Assembly (NCBI GenBank): GCA_963712475.1
Contig: CAVQIA010000006.1
Span: 70,290-134,289 of the forward strand
DNA length: 64,000 bases
Source of the DNA: an uncultured Chloroflexia bacterium
Lineage (GTDB): Bacteria; Chloroflexota; Anaerolineae; Anaerolineales; RBG-16-64-43
Reading direction: 5' to 3'
The notes under the pieces are model-generated. The model did no database searches. It saw only the letters and a list, made by a program, of their open reading frames with translations, and was not told the DNA's origin. The translations under genes were made by a program, and so were the position numbers. Each line of letters begins with the position of its first letter. The first letter of the stretch is position 1. Of this stretch, positions 48,430-58,206 are shown one piece after another.

Positions 48430-50748
48430 GTGACCAAGAAACTCGTCGGACAGCGCGTGTTGCGCAATGAGGACCCTCGCTTGTTGACCGGGCATGCCCA
48501 GTTCGTCGACGATGTGGAGATCCCCGGTTTGCTGCACGCCGCCTTCTTGCGTAGCGACTATGCCCACGCTCGCCTGCTCAGCATCGATGTGAGCGCCGCC
48601 CGCCAACATCCGGGCGTGGTAGCCGTCTTTACGGCGGAAGATATGGGTGACGATTGGGAGCCAGGCCCGCCACTCGTCTCTCCCCCGCCCACGGCCAAGG
48701 ATGTCCTGTTCAACTCGCGCCGGCAGGTTCCACTGGTCAAAGACAAGGTCCGGCATGCGGGCGAGGCAATCGCCGTGGTCATCGCCGAAAGCCGGTACAT
48801 CGCCGAAGATGCGGTCGAAGACATCGTGGTGGACTTGGAGCCCCTGGAGGTGGTGGTCGATCTCGAGAAAGCCCTGCAACCGGGCAGTCCCCTGGTGCAC
48901 GATGACCTGGAGTTGAATCTGGCTGCCCGCCTGTCGCAGAAAAAGGGCGACTATGAGGCCGCCCGGCGAAAGGCGGATCTGGTCCTCCAGCGTCGAATCG
49001 TCATCGACCGCGGGGCGGCGGCCGCCATGGAGAATCGCGGCATCGTCGCCGACTGGGACGAAAAGAGTCAGCATCTCACCATGTGGGACACAACCCAGGC
49101 GCCGATCCCGATCCGCAACGGAACGGCGGCGCGGCTGGGCCTGTCGGAGAGCCAGGTAAGAGTGATCGCCCCCTTCATCGGAGGCGGGTTCGGTCCGAAG
49201 ATGATGATGTTCTACGCCGAGGAGTTGGTGATTCCCTGGGCGGCGGTAAAGCTGAAGCGCCCGATCAAGTGGATCGAGGACCGGCGGGAGAACTTCTACG
49301 CCACCACCCAAGAACGCGGGCAGATCCATGACGTCGAGATCGCCCTCAGCCGGGATGGGCACATCCTGGGTCTGAAAGACATGTTCCTGCATGACACGGG
49401 CGCCTATGACCCCTACGGCCTGACGATCCCCCTCAACACCCAGTGCCATGCAATGGGGGGGTACGACATCAAGAACTTCAGCACGGAAGTGAGCGTGGTA
49501 TTCACCAACAAGACCCTGGTCACCCCCGTTCGGGGGGCGGGACGCCCTCAGGGGATCTACATCATCGAACGACTGCTCGACATCGCCTCCAAAGAGTTGG
49601 GAATCGACCCCGTGGAAATCCGTCGGCGCAACCTGATCCCGCCGGATGCCTTTCCATATGAACACGGGATCATCGACCAGGCCTTCGCGCCGCTCATTCT
49701 GGATAGCGGCAACTACTGGCCCGTCATGCAGAAGGCCTTGGAGATGATCGGCTACGAGAAGTTCGTCCGCGAGGAGCAACCCCGCCTACGCAAAGAAGGG
49801 AAGTTCGTGGGTATCGGCATCACGCCGTTCATCGAGTTGACCGGCGTGGGTCCCTACGAAGGTGCCCGGGTGACGGTCGAGACCAGCGGCAAGATCCATG
49901 TTGCCACGGGGGTCGGCACCCAGGGGCAGGGCCACTTCACCTCCTTCGCTCAAATCGTGGCTGATCAGCTCGGGGTGGCGGTGAGCGATGTGCGCATCGT
50001 GTCCGGCGACACGGCCGAGTTTCACTGGGGAACCGGCACGTTCGCCAGCCGCGGTGCTGTCGTCGCCGGCAATGCCTTCCACGCCGCCGCCTCGATCGTT
50101 CGTCGCAAGGTGCTGGAACTCGCGAGCAAGGAACTGCAGACCCCCCCGGAGGAACTGGAGCTCGAGGACGGTCTGGTGCGCGTCGCGGATATCCCCGGCA
50201 AGTCCATCAGCCTGGGCGAGCTTGCCGCGCTGGCCAACCCCTTGCGCGGCGCCGTCCAACCGGGCACCGAACCCGGCCTGGAAGCCACATCCTACTTCGG
50301 CCCCAGCTACGGCGCCACGGCCTTCGGCACACATGCCATGATCCTCGAGATCGACCCTGAAACCATGATGATCCAAATCAAGCGCTACGTCACGGTCGAG
50401 GATTGCGGTACGGTGCTCAACCCCTTGATCCTCGAGGGCCAGATCCACGGTGGCGTATCCCTGGGCATCGGCAACGCCTACTACGAGCAGCTCCACTTCG
50501 ACGAGAACGGACAGCTGCTCAACGCCTCCTTTGCGGATTATCTGATCCCGTCGGCGACGGAGATGCCGCGCATCCAAGTTGGCCATATGGAAACCCGCTC
50601 CCCGCTGAACGAATTGGGCACAAAGGGAGTTGGCGAAGCGGGAACGATCCCCGTGCCTGCCCTCTTCGCGCAGGCCGTCGAGAATGCGCTGGCCGATCGG
50701 GGGTTGGAAATCCTTGGAGACTCCCCTCAGCCCGAACCGGCTGTATGA
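48430..50748 (+). CDS. Molybdenum hydroxylase molybdopterin-binding large subunit (CoxL/xanthine dehydrogenase family), operon 1
   Basis: 772 aa with a GTG start. It has LVGQRVLRNEDPRLLTGHAQFVDD, FIGGGFGPK, VTPVRGAGRPQG and GVGEAG. It lacks the Cys-containing CSFR loop of true CO dehydrogenases. Confidence 0.9.
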   Translation: MTKKLVGQRVLRNEDPRLLTGHAQFVDDVEIPGLLHAAFLRSDYAHARLLSIDVSAARQHPGVVAVFTAEDMGDDWEPGPPLVSPPPTAKDVLFNSRRQVPLVKDKVRHAGEAIAVVIAESRYIAEDAVEDIVVDLEPLEVVVDLEKALQPGSPLVHDDLELNLAARLSQKKGDYEAARRKADLVLQRRIVIDRGAAAAMENRGIVADWDEKSQHLTMWDTTQAPIPIRNGTAARLGLSESQVRVIAPFIGGGFGPKMMMFYAEELVIPWAAVKLKRPIKWIEDRRENFYATTQERGQIHDVEIALSRDGHILGLKDMFLHDTGAYDPYGLTIPLNTQCHAMGGYDIKNFSTEVSVVFTNKTLVTPVRGAGRPQGIYIIERLLDIASKELGIDPVEIRRRNLIPPDAFPYEHGIIDQAFAPLILDSGNYWPVMQKALEMIGYEKFVREEQPRLRKEGKFVGIGITPFIELTGVGPYEGARVTVETSGKIHVATGVGTQGQGHFTSFAQIVADQLGVAVSDVRIVSGDTAEFHWGTGTFASRGAVVAGNAFHAAASIVRRKVLELASKELQTPPEELELEDGLVRVADIPGKSISLGELAALANPLRGAVQPGTEPGLEATSYFGPSYGATAFGTHAMILEIDPETMMIQIKRYVTVEDCGTVLNPLILEGQIHGGVSLGIGNAYYEQLHFDENGQLLNASFADYLIPSATEMPRIQVGHMETRSPLNELGTKGVGEAGTIPVPALFAQAVENALADRGLEILGDSPQPEPAV

Positions 50749-50772
50749 GCTGTGGAGCCGAAAGGAGGCTCG

Positions 50773-51229
50773 ATGAAGATCGAAGGTGAGTACACATTCG
50801 ACGGTCCGCGGGAAGTTCTGTGGGAGCTTCTGCGGGACCCGAAGGCCCTGGCTGCGTGCCTACCGGGCACGCAGAGCTTGCGCCAAGTCGGGGAGCGCGA
50901 ATACGAAGGAGAAATCGGGGTCCGGGTCGGACCCGATTTCGGGGGCCTTTGCAGGTCAGCTTTCGGTCACGAATGAGGTGCCGCCCGCCAGCAGCACCCT
51001 GACCGTCGAGGGGAAGGGCAAGGTCGGGTTTCTCAAGGGGGTCGGGAATATCGCCCTGACAGATCAGGGCCAGGGCAAAACCTTGATGAAATACACCGGT
51101 GAAGTGCAGATTGGCGGAAAAGTCGCCAGCGTGGGCCAACGGCTGTTCGATTCGGTCAGCCGAGGCATGATTGAACAGGCCCTGGGCAAGCTGAATGAAC
51201 AGTTGCAGGCGCGGGTGGCCTCGCGCTAG
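50773..51229 (+). pseudogene. CoxG-like SRPBCC protein interrupted by one frameshift (about 50930-50940)
   Basis: MKIEGEYTFDGPREVLWELLRDPKALAACLPG...GEIGVRVGP (ORF 50752..50976) continues as ISGAFAGQLSVTNEVPPASSTLTVEGKGKVGFLKG... in ORF 50786..51229. The junction lies on a C-run (ggacccgat). AAGGAGG lies before the ATG at 50773. Confidence 0.78.
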
Positions 51230-51493
51230 CGAGACCAGCTGGCATGGGAGGCTGCCTCGGAAGCCACGCCTCGATTGGCGCTTTCAGCGATAAGACTGTA
51301 CCATCGTGGGCATAGCGAGTGGTCGTGCGGTTGGCAGCAGCCCAGGCACAACATGGTCCGATCCTGATCATGCTCCATCAGAACGCCAGATGATGAGACA
51401 AGCGAAGGGAGGTCAACGGCTTATCGACAACTAGCCCGGCTTCGAATCTCCACTATCCGGCTCCATTCTCAGATGATCCTGAGGGAGGAAGAG

Positions 51494-52801
51494 ATGATGT
51501 CCAAGAAGTCCTTCGTATTCGCAGCGTTGCTCCTGGTCGCCAGCATGGTGCTGGGTTCCTGCGCACCCGCGGCGCCCACGGCTGCGCCCGTGGTCGAGCA
51601 GCCGACGGCCGCGCCTGCGGTCGAGCAACCCACGGAGGCTGTCGCCCAGCCAACCGCGGAACCAGTGAAGATCACCCTGGCGATTGAGCACTTCAGTGTC
51701 ATCGCGGGAACCACCTGGTCCGGCGCCCAAGACCGCGCGGGCAAGCGCATCGCGGCGAAGTATCCGAACGTCACCTACGTCTACCGCGAGAATGTCGCTC
51801 CCGATCAGACCAATCCTTTCGCCGAAGAGATGATCGCCAGCGGGGCGAACATCGTGATCGGCAATGCCGAGTTCATGGGCCTGCCTCTGAAGGACATCGC
51901 CGATAAGTATCCGGATGTGTACTTCGGATCGGTCATCGCCAGTGACCTCGCGACCAAGCCGAATTTCATTCGGTTCTTCCCCAAGCAGGATCAGGCCCTG
52001 TACCTGGAAGGGCTGATCGCGGGGGCCCTGACCAAGACGGGCAATATCGGCATCACCTCCGCGTTCCCGTGCGTGCAGGTGATCCGGCGCCAAGCCGGCT
52101 TCATCCTAGGCGTGCAGGATGCGGCCGCGCTGCTCAACAAGAAGATCACCGTGTACGTCAAGTTCGCCGGCGACTGGTACCTGCCTGCCGATGAGCGCGC
52201 CATCGCCGAGACGCTGGTCGACACCTACAAGGTGGATGTCCTGACCCAGCAGACAGACTCCAGCTCCACCATGGACGTGGCCAAGGAGAAGGGCGTCTGG
52301 TTCGTGGGCAAGGACATGGACATTGTGGGTGAATACGGCTGGTCCGACTTGAACACCGTGGCCGTATCGTTCGACACGCGCTGGGAGGTCATCTACGAGC
52401 AGATGGTCAAGGAGTTCATGGCGGGCAATAAGGCGCCAGAGACTGTCATGTATCCAGGATTTGAGACGACGATGACCCTGGCCGACGGCACCGTGGAACC
52501 GACGATTGACCTGATGAATGCCGGCAAGATCGGTGTCGAGGCCATCAGCCCGGCGGCGCTGCCCTCCATCCCGCAGTCGATCCTCGACCTCGTCAAGCAG
52601 CGACGTGAGCAGATGATGGCCGGTACGTGGGACCCGTTCACGACGCACGAGTTCGTGAGCAATGGAACGGGCCTTGAGCTCCCGGGCCTGCCGATCCCGG
52701 CCGCGGGCACAGTGGCAAAGGCTGCCGGCGTGGCTCCAACCACCGAGTTCCTGCTGGCCCAGTTCAACTACGATCTCGCCGGCACGACCATCCTGAAGTA
52801 G
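51494..52801 (+). CDS. BMP-family (PnrA/Med-like, nucleoside-type) ABC transporter substrate-binding lipoprotein
   Basis: Lipobox MMSKKSFVFAALLLVASMVLGSC, then an Ala/Pro linker, then a BMP-like body (NIGITSAFPCVQVIRRQAGFILG, VDVLTQQTDS). It sits upstream of the matching ATPase and two permeases. Confidence 0.8.
   Translation: MMSKKSFVFAALLLVASMVLGSCAPAAPTAAPVVEQPTAAPAVEQPTEAVAQPTAEPVKITLAIEHFSVIAGTTWSGAQDRAGKRIAAKYPNVTYVYRENVAPDQTNPFAEEMIASGANIVIGNAEFMGLPLKDIADKYPDVYFGSVIASDLATKPNFIRFFPKQDQALYLEGLIAGALTKTGNIGITSAFPCVQVIRRQAGFILGVQDAAALLNKKITVYVKFAGDWYLPADERAIAETLVDTYKVDVLTQQTDSSSTMDVAKEKGVWFVGKDMDIVGEYGWSDLNTVAVSFDTRWEVIYEQMVKEFMAGNKAPETVMYPGFETTMTLADGTVEPTIDLMNAGKIGVEAISPAALPSIPQSILDLVKQRREQMMAGTWDPFTTHEFVSNGTGLELPGLPIPAAGTVAKAAGVAPTTEFLLAQFNYDLAGTTILK
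51581..51655 (+). repeat. Imperfect 27-nt tandem repeat encoding the lipoprotein linker
   Basis: gctgcgcccgtggtcgagcagccgacg / gccgcgcctgcggtcgagcaacccacg / a partial third unit. These encode AAPVVEQPT-AAPAVEQPT-EAVAQPT. Confidence 0.7.
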
Positions 52802-53035
52802 CACGGCGTGTCGGTCCGCATGAAGTGTGACGTCTAGTCACCGACAGGTGAGGCTCTTGTCCTGGGGGAGCAAGCCATGGGACGAGAGCCTCACGCTTCG
52901 GCAGGGGTCGGAGACGCCCCGGCGGGTTCACGCGGGGCGGCCGCTCGTGCGCGGCCTGAGGTGCAGGTCCGCGTTTCCCGGTGAGTTTGTCGAAGGCGGC
53001 CAGGCAACACCACCGGCAGGCGACAGGTTGACAGC

Positions 53036-54584
53036 ATGCCCATCCAACCCGTGAAGCGCGGCGATATCGTCCTCGAGGCGAGGGGAATCACCAAACGATT
53101 CCCCGGGGTCGTCGCCAACGACCACATCGACTTTGAGATCCGAGCCGGTGAGATTCACGCCATCCTGGGCGAGAACGGCGCCGGCAAGACGACCTTGATG
53201 AAGATCCTGTTCGGGCTGCTCCAGCCCGACGAGGGCGACATTTACGTCCAGGGGGAGAAGGTGACCTTCCGCTCACCGCTGGATGCCATCCACCTGGGCA
53301 TCGGGATGGTTCATCAGAACCGCAAGCTGATCCCGGCTCACACGGTGATTGAGAACATCATCCTGGGTCATCCCAAGGCCGGGAGCATTCCAGACCTGAA
53401 GCGAACCCGCGAGGAGATTGCGGAGATCTGCGACCGATACGGCTTCAAGATCGATCTGAAGGCGAAGGTCTGGCAACTGTCGGAAGGCGAGAAGCAAGCC
53501 GTCGAAATCCTGAAGACCCTCTATCGAGGCGCCCGAATCCTCATCCTGGATGAGCCCACCTCCGCGCTGGCGCCCCCCGAAACCAAGAAGCTCCTGGCGT
53601 CGATTCGCATCATGACCGGCGACGATCTCGCTCTCGTGCCGTTCATCACCCACAAACTACCCATCGTGTTGACCATCAGTGAGCGGGTCACGGTTCTGCG
53701 GCGGGGCAAGGTCACCGCGCGTCTGCGGACTTCGGAGGCGACCGAGGACAGCCTGGCCAGAGAAATGGTCGGCCGCGAAGTCATCTTCCGCCTGGACCAT
53801 GTGCAGGTGGAGCGGGGCAAGCCCATTCTCGAGGTGGAAAATCTCTCCGCCCTGAATGACAAGGGGCTCCTGGCCCTCAAGGACGTCACCTTCACCGTGC
53901 ATGAAGGCGAGATCTTCGGCATTGCCGGAGTCTCCGGGAACGGACAGCAGGTTCTGGCTGAGGTGCTGGCAGGGCTGCGCAAGGCCGCGGCTGGCAAAGT
54001 GCTGATTGATGGGATCGACATCACTCGTTCCGGCAGCCTGGAACGCTGGAAGAACGGCATGGGCTACATCCCTTCGGACCGGATCGATGTGGGTTCGATC
54101 GGCGCCTACTCGCTGGTCGACAACGTCCTGATGAACTACTACTTTGACGGAGCCTACTCCCGCTGGGGGGTCATCGATTCCCAGAAAACGCGCAAACTGA
54201 CCGAAGGACTTATTTCCGAGTACGACATCGCCACGCCCGGCCCGGACACGACGGCCAAGAGCTTGTCGGGCGGCAATCTCCAAAAGCTGATCCTGGCGCG
54301 GGTGCTCTCCCGCAAGCCGCGGCTCATCATCGCCAATCTCCCAACCCAGGGGCTGGATGTCGGGAGCCACCGAGTTTGTCCAGAACAAGCTGTTGGAAGC
54401 GAAGCGGCAGCACGCAGCCATACTGCTCATCTCGGAGGACCTTGAAGAGGTCTTGTCGCTGAGCGACCGCGTGGCGCCGATCTACGAGGGCGAGTTCATG
54501 GGCATCATCCAGGTCAAAGACGCCCGAATCGAGGACGTCGGCGCCATGATGGCAGGTTTGAAGCAGAAGGTCGAACAGCCATGA
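53036..54584 (+). pseudogene. ABC transporter ATPase with two fused ABC domains (sugar/nucleoside importer type), interrupted by one frameshift (about 54355-54365)
   Basis: ORF 53036..54445 has GENGAGKTT, LSEGEKQAVEI, ILILDEPTS, GVSGNGQQ and LSGGNLQK, and reads sensibly up to ...NLPTQGLDVG. The tail ATEFVQNKLLEAKRQHAAILLISEDLEEV... is in ORF 54357..54584. Confidence 0.82.
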
Positions 54585-55693
54585 AACTCGGCAGCTATGA
54601 GGTCAAACTCGAAAAGAAAGTCAGGGTCACCGGCCTGGAGGCGACGGCCATCTCCGTGCTGGCGATCCTCATCGGCTTGGCGCTGGTGGGGTTGGTCTTC
54701 CTGCAGGCCGGGGTCAATCCGCTGACCGGCTACCGGGCCATCTTCTCCTACGCCTTCCTCAACAAGTTCGGCCTGCCCCTGACGATCAACCGATCGGTCT
54801 TCATCCTGCTGTGCACCTGCGCGTTCATTGTCCCCATGAAGGCCGGGCTGTGGAACATCGGCATGGCCGGCCAGCTGTACGGCGGCACGCTGGCCGCCTT
54901 CGGCGTGGCGCTGGCCTTCGGCGCCAAAGATCCCCAGGTGCCGACTGCGGCGCCGGGGATCGTCATCGCCCTGATGATGCTCGGGGCGATCCTGGGCGGC
55001 GCGCTGATCGGCGCCATCCCAGGCTTCCTCAAGGGCAGGTTCAACACCAACGAGATCGTCGTGACCATGATGCTGAACTCGATCGGCTTCTGGCTGATCG
55101 CATTCATGATCAAGGAAGGCGGTCTCTTTATGGGCGGGGGCGGGGAAGGCCAGGGGTACAAGCTATCCGAGTCGATCTTCGGGCCCATGCTGTTGGGAGG
55201 GACATTCACCATCCCGATTGCCCTGGGCGTTGCGGCGCTGCTCTACTTCATGTTCGCCAAGACGACTCTCGGCTACCAATTCAAGGCATTTGGCCTCAGC
55301 CCGTCGGCCGCCAAGTACTCGGGCATCAGCCCGCAGAACGTGCCGCTGCTGGTGTTCATCCTGGGTGGGCTCATTGCCGGCCTGGCTGGTTACCACTATT
55401 TCGCTGCTGTCCCCGGGGTGTACAAGATCCCCACGAACTACGGGGACTTCGGCGATCTGTCTTTCTACGGGATCATCTGCGGGCTGATCTCCCAAGGCAA
55501 CCCACTCGCGGCCATTCCCTTCGCCCTGCTGTTCGGCGGGCTGACGAACGGGGGCCGGTTCGTTCAAGGACAACTCCAGCTGGGCTATGGCATCGACTAT
55601 GCTCTGCTCGGGGTTCTGATGATTACTTTGGTCGCCTTCCAGTTCTTCTATCGCAACACCCTCGTCTGGAAGAAGATCGAAAGGAAGCCCTAG
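54581..55693 (+). CDS. ABC transporter permease (BMP/nucleoside-type system)
   Basis: 370 aa and polytopic. Its start overlaps the ATPase stop. Confidence 0.82.
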   Translation: MKLGSYEVKLEKKVRVTGLEATAISVLAILIGLALVGLVFLQAGVNPLTGYRAIFSYAFLNKFGLPLTINRSVFILLCTCAFIVPMKAGLWNIGMAGQLYGGTLAAFGVALAFGAKDPQVPTAAPGIVIALMMLGAILGGALIGAIPGFLKGRFNTNEIVVTMMLNSIGFWLIAFMIKEGGLFMGGGGEGQGYKLSESIFGPMLLGGTFTIPIALGVAALLYFMFAKTTLGYQFKAFGLSPSAAKYSGISPQNVPLLVFILGGLIAGLAGYHYFAAVPGVYKIPTNYGDFGDLSFYGIICGLISQGNPLAAIPFALLFGGLTNGGRFVQGQLQLGYGIDYALLGVLMITLVAFQFFYRNTLVWKKIERKP

Positions 55694-55694
55694 C

Positions 55695-56570
55695 ATGTGG
55701 GAGTTTGCGGCGCGAAGCCTGAATGCCTCGACGGTCTTCACGATTGCGGCGCTGGGCGAGCTGATCGGACAGCGCTCGGGCGTCCTGAACGTTGGCATCG
55801 AGGGGGTGATGCTCTTCGGAGCCACGGTGGGGTTCATCGTGGCCAAGACCACCGGGAGCTATCTCCTCGGCTGCCTTGCGGCCATTGCCATCGGAGGCCT
55901 CATCGCCGCGCTACACGGTTTGTTCTCCATCACGCTGGGGGGCGACCAGGTCGTGAACGGCATGGGGATCTGGATCCTCGGATTCGGCCTGACGGCTTAC
56001 ATCGGCTACCCCTACACGGGACCGCTGGGCCTGGAGCGCATCCCCGGCCTGCTGGGGCTTTCGCCCTTCTTCTTCCTGGCCATCGGGCTCGTGATCCTGA
56101 CCTGGTGGATGTTCTCCAAGACCAGCCTGGGGCTGCGCATCCGTTCGGCCGGGGAGAACCCCTCGGTCACCGAAGTCTCCGGGATCAACGTCACCCGGAC
56201 CCGTTACCTGAGCGTCGTGGCCAGCGGAATGCTCATGGGCCTGGGCGGGGCGATCTACTCGCTGAGCTACAACCCGGTCTGGAGCGTCAATTTTCTCCTG
56301 GGGTGGGGTTTCATTGCGCTGGCGCTGGTCTTTTTCTCCATGTGGAATCCCTTCATTCTTTTCGCCGGGTCCATCCTGTTCGGCACTCTGTGGCAGCTCT
56401 CGCTCAACCCTCAGCTGGTTCTTCCGAACGTGCTGTCCCGGTACATCTGGAGAACCGTGCCGTTCGTCATCACGATCGCTGTCCTGGTGTTGATGTCCAC
56501 GAAGTGGTTCAGTTCGCGATGGGGCGCCGCCAAGCCCCAAGCCCTGGGGCTGCCCCGCCAAGAGGAGTGA
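55695..56570 (+). CDS. ABC transporter permease (second subunit)
   Basis: 291 aa and polytopic, directly abutting the first permease. Confidence 0.82.
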   Translation: MWEFAARSLNASTVFTIAALGELIGQRSGVLNVGIEGVMLFGATVGFIVAKTTGSYLLGCLAAIAIGGLIAALHGLFSITLGGDQVVNGMGIWILGFGLTAYIGYPYTGPLGLERIPGLLGLSPFFFLAIGLVILTWWMFSKTSLGLRIRSAGENPSVTEVSGINVTRTRYLSVVASGMLMGLGGAIYSLSYNPVWSVNFLLGWGFIALALVFFSMWNPFILFAGSILFGTLWQLSLNPQLVLPNVLSRYIWRTVPFVITIAVLVLMSTKWFSSRWGAAKPQALGLPRQEE

Positions 56571-56713
56571 TGCCGACGAATCGCTCGAGTGCTCGAGGTT
56601 CGGACCTCGGGTCATCCCTCTCGTTCATCCCGTCCCTTCGAGCGGAGCGCTGGATCCCCTGAGTGTGATGCAAGGGGTCACGTGCTCACGCCGGGGAGGA
56701 AGATGGCAGGATC

Positions 56714-57607
56714 ATGACTACCCATCCCACTCTTCCAGAGTTTGACTATCTTCGCCCTCGGACGCTGGCCGAGGCCAGCGAGTTCCTTTCCCGTCACACC
56801 GGAGAGGCCCGAGCGTTCATGGGCGGAACGGATGTCTTCGTTCGCATGCGGGATGGATTCCTGACTCCCCGTGTTCTGGTGGACGTGAAGGGGCTGGACG
56901 GGACGGACGATCTGCGGTTTGACGCGAAGTCTGGCCTCACGCTCGGTGCTGCCGTCAGCATGAATCGGGTGATTGCCTCTCCCGAGGTGCGGACCCACTA
57001 TCCACTGCTGGCCGAGGCCTGCCGCTCCGTCGCCAGCTATCCGCTACGCACTCGGGCGACGGTCGTGGGCAACATCTGCAACGCTTCGCCCGGCCGGGGA
57101 CACCATCGGCGCTTGCCTGGTGTTGGGGGGTGTGCTCCACGTGCATGGAGTCAAGGGCGCGCGCCAGGAACCGCTGAAGTCCTTTTTCCTGGGCCCTGGC
57201 AAGACCACACTCGCCTCGGGCGATATCGTGACGGCCATTCACCTTCCTGTTCCACCCAAGGGGTGCGCGGGGATCTACATCAAGCTCGGACGCAACCAGC
57301 TGAGCGACCTCTCGATCGTGGGGGTGACCGTGTTGGGCCACCCGGACTCGAGCTGCCCGTCCGGCTACCGCTTTCGCCTGGCCCTGGCCTCGGTCGCCCC
57401 GGTGCCGCTCGTGCCCGTGGAGGCCGAGGGACACTTGGCCCGCCATCCGAGTCACGCCTGAGTCACTGCGCGCAGCGGCACAGCTCGCGGCCGACGCCTG
57501 CTCGCCGATCGACGACGTGCGCGGGAGCGCCAGGTATCGCAGGATTGATGGTGCGCAACCTGACCGCCAAGGCGTTGACCCAGGTGTGGAGCCAACTGAC
57601 TGGCTGA
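56714..57607 (+). pseudogene. Molybdenum hydroxylase FAD-binding medium subunit, operon 2, interrupted by three frameshifts (about 57085-57100, 57445-57460 and 57535-57550)
   Basis: FDYLRPRTLAEASEFL...FMGGTDVFVRM...RTRATVVGNICNASP is in ORF 56714. AGDTIGACLVLGGVLHVHGVKGARQEPLKSFFLGPGKTTL...LALASVAPVPLVPVEAE is in ORF 56973..57461. VTPESLRAAAQLAADACSPIDDVRGSARYRR is in the frame of ORF 57517. MVRNLTAKALTQVWSQL is back in the first frame. Confidence 0.75.
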
Positions 57608-57667
57608 CGCGTCGGCCGTTGCGAAAACCAGTTTATTCGGACTTGTCATCCGTCTTTCGAGGGCCAC

Positions 57668-58147
57668 ATGACACTTCACGAGATCCACGTCACCATCAAC
57701 GATGAGCCGGAACAGGTGACCGTGCCCGCCAATATGACTCTCATGCGCATGCTGCGAGAGAAGCTGGCGATGACCGGCACGAAGAACGGTTGCTCGGCCG
57801 GCGAGTGCGGCGCGTGTACCGTGTTGTTGAACGGAGAACCGGTCAATAGCTGCATGGTCCTGGCGGTTGAATGTGACGGAGCCCGGATCGTCACCGTGGA
57901 GGGGCTGGCCGAGGAACAACGGCTGGCGCCCGTTCAGGAAGCCATCCTCACTCAAGGGGGCGTGCAGTGCGGCTTCTGCACGCCGGGAATCCTGATCTCC
58001 TCGCACGCCCTGCTCGAGCGGAACCCGAATCCGGAGGAGGATGAGATCCGCGAGGCGCTGGTTGGTAACCTGTGCCGCTGCACGGGCTACACGCGCATTG
58101 TCGAGAGCGTCAGGGAAGCAGCCCGAATGCAATCGCCCGCCGGCTGA
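57668..58147 (+). CDS. Molybdenum hydroxylase [2Fe-2S] small subunit, operon 2
   Basis: 159 aa with [11 protein letters not shown] and CGFCTPG...CRCTGY. Confidence 0.92.
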   Translation: MTLHEIHVTINDEPEQVTVPANMTLMRMLREKLAMTGTKNGCSAGECGACTVLLNGEPVNSCMVLAVECDGARIVTVEGLAEEQRLAPVQEAILTQGGVQCGFCTPGILISSHALLERNPNPEEDEIREALVGNLCRCTGYTRIVESVREAARMQSPAG

Positions 58148-58206
58148 CCTGCGGCTCGCGCAGGATCGGCCTGTCCGGGTCCGCACGGCCAGATGGGAGA
58201 GGATTG

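Noticed and set aside
46982-51229. An aerobic carbon monoxide dehydrogenase (coxMSL plus coxG) annotation for operon 1.
   Set aside because: The large subunit has VRGAGRP where CO dehydrogenases carry the Cys-containing CSFR active-site loop. No cox accessory genes (coxD/E/F-like) are present, so the generic Mo-hydroxylase call is safer.
51430-51470. A T-loop-like ttcgaatc word (cccggcttcgaatctccact) suggesting a tRNA or tRNA fragment. Other gttcgaa words lie inside CDSs near 17340 and 46890.
   Set aside because: The flanking bases cannot form a 5-bp T-stem, and no acceptor or anticodon arm can be drawn. The other occurrences are inside well-supported coding regions.
6727-57607. Programmed ribosomal frameshifting as an explanation for the split genes.
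   Set aside because: There are too many events in unrelated genes, in both +1 and -1 directions. There is no shared slippery heptamer or downstream structure, and the junctions I traced sit on simple C-runs. Indel error is more parsimonious.
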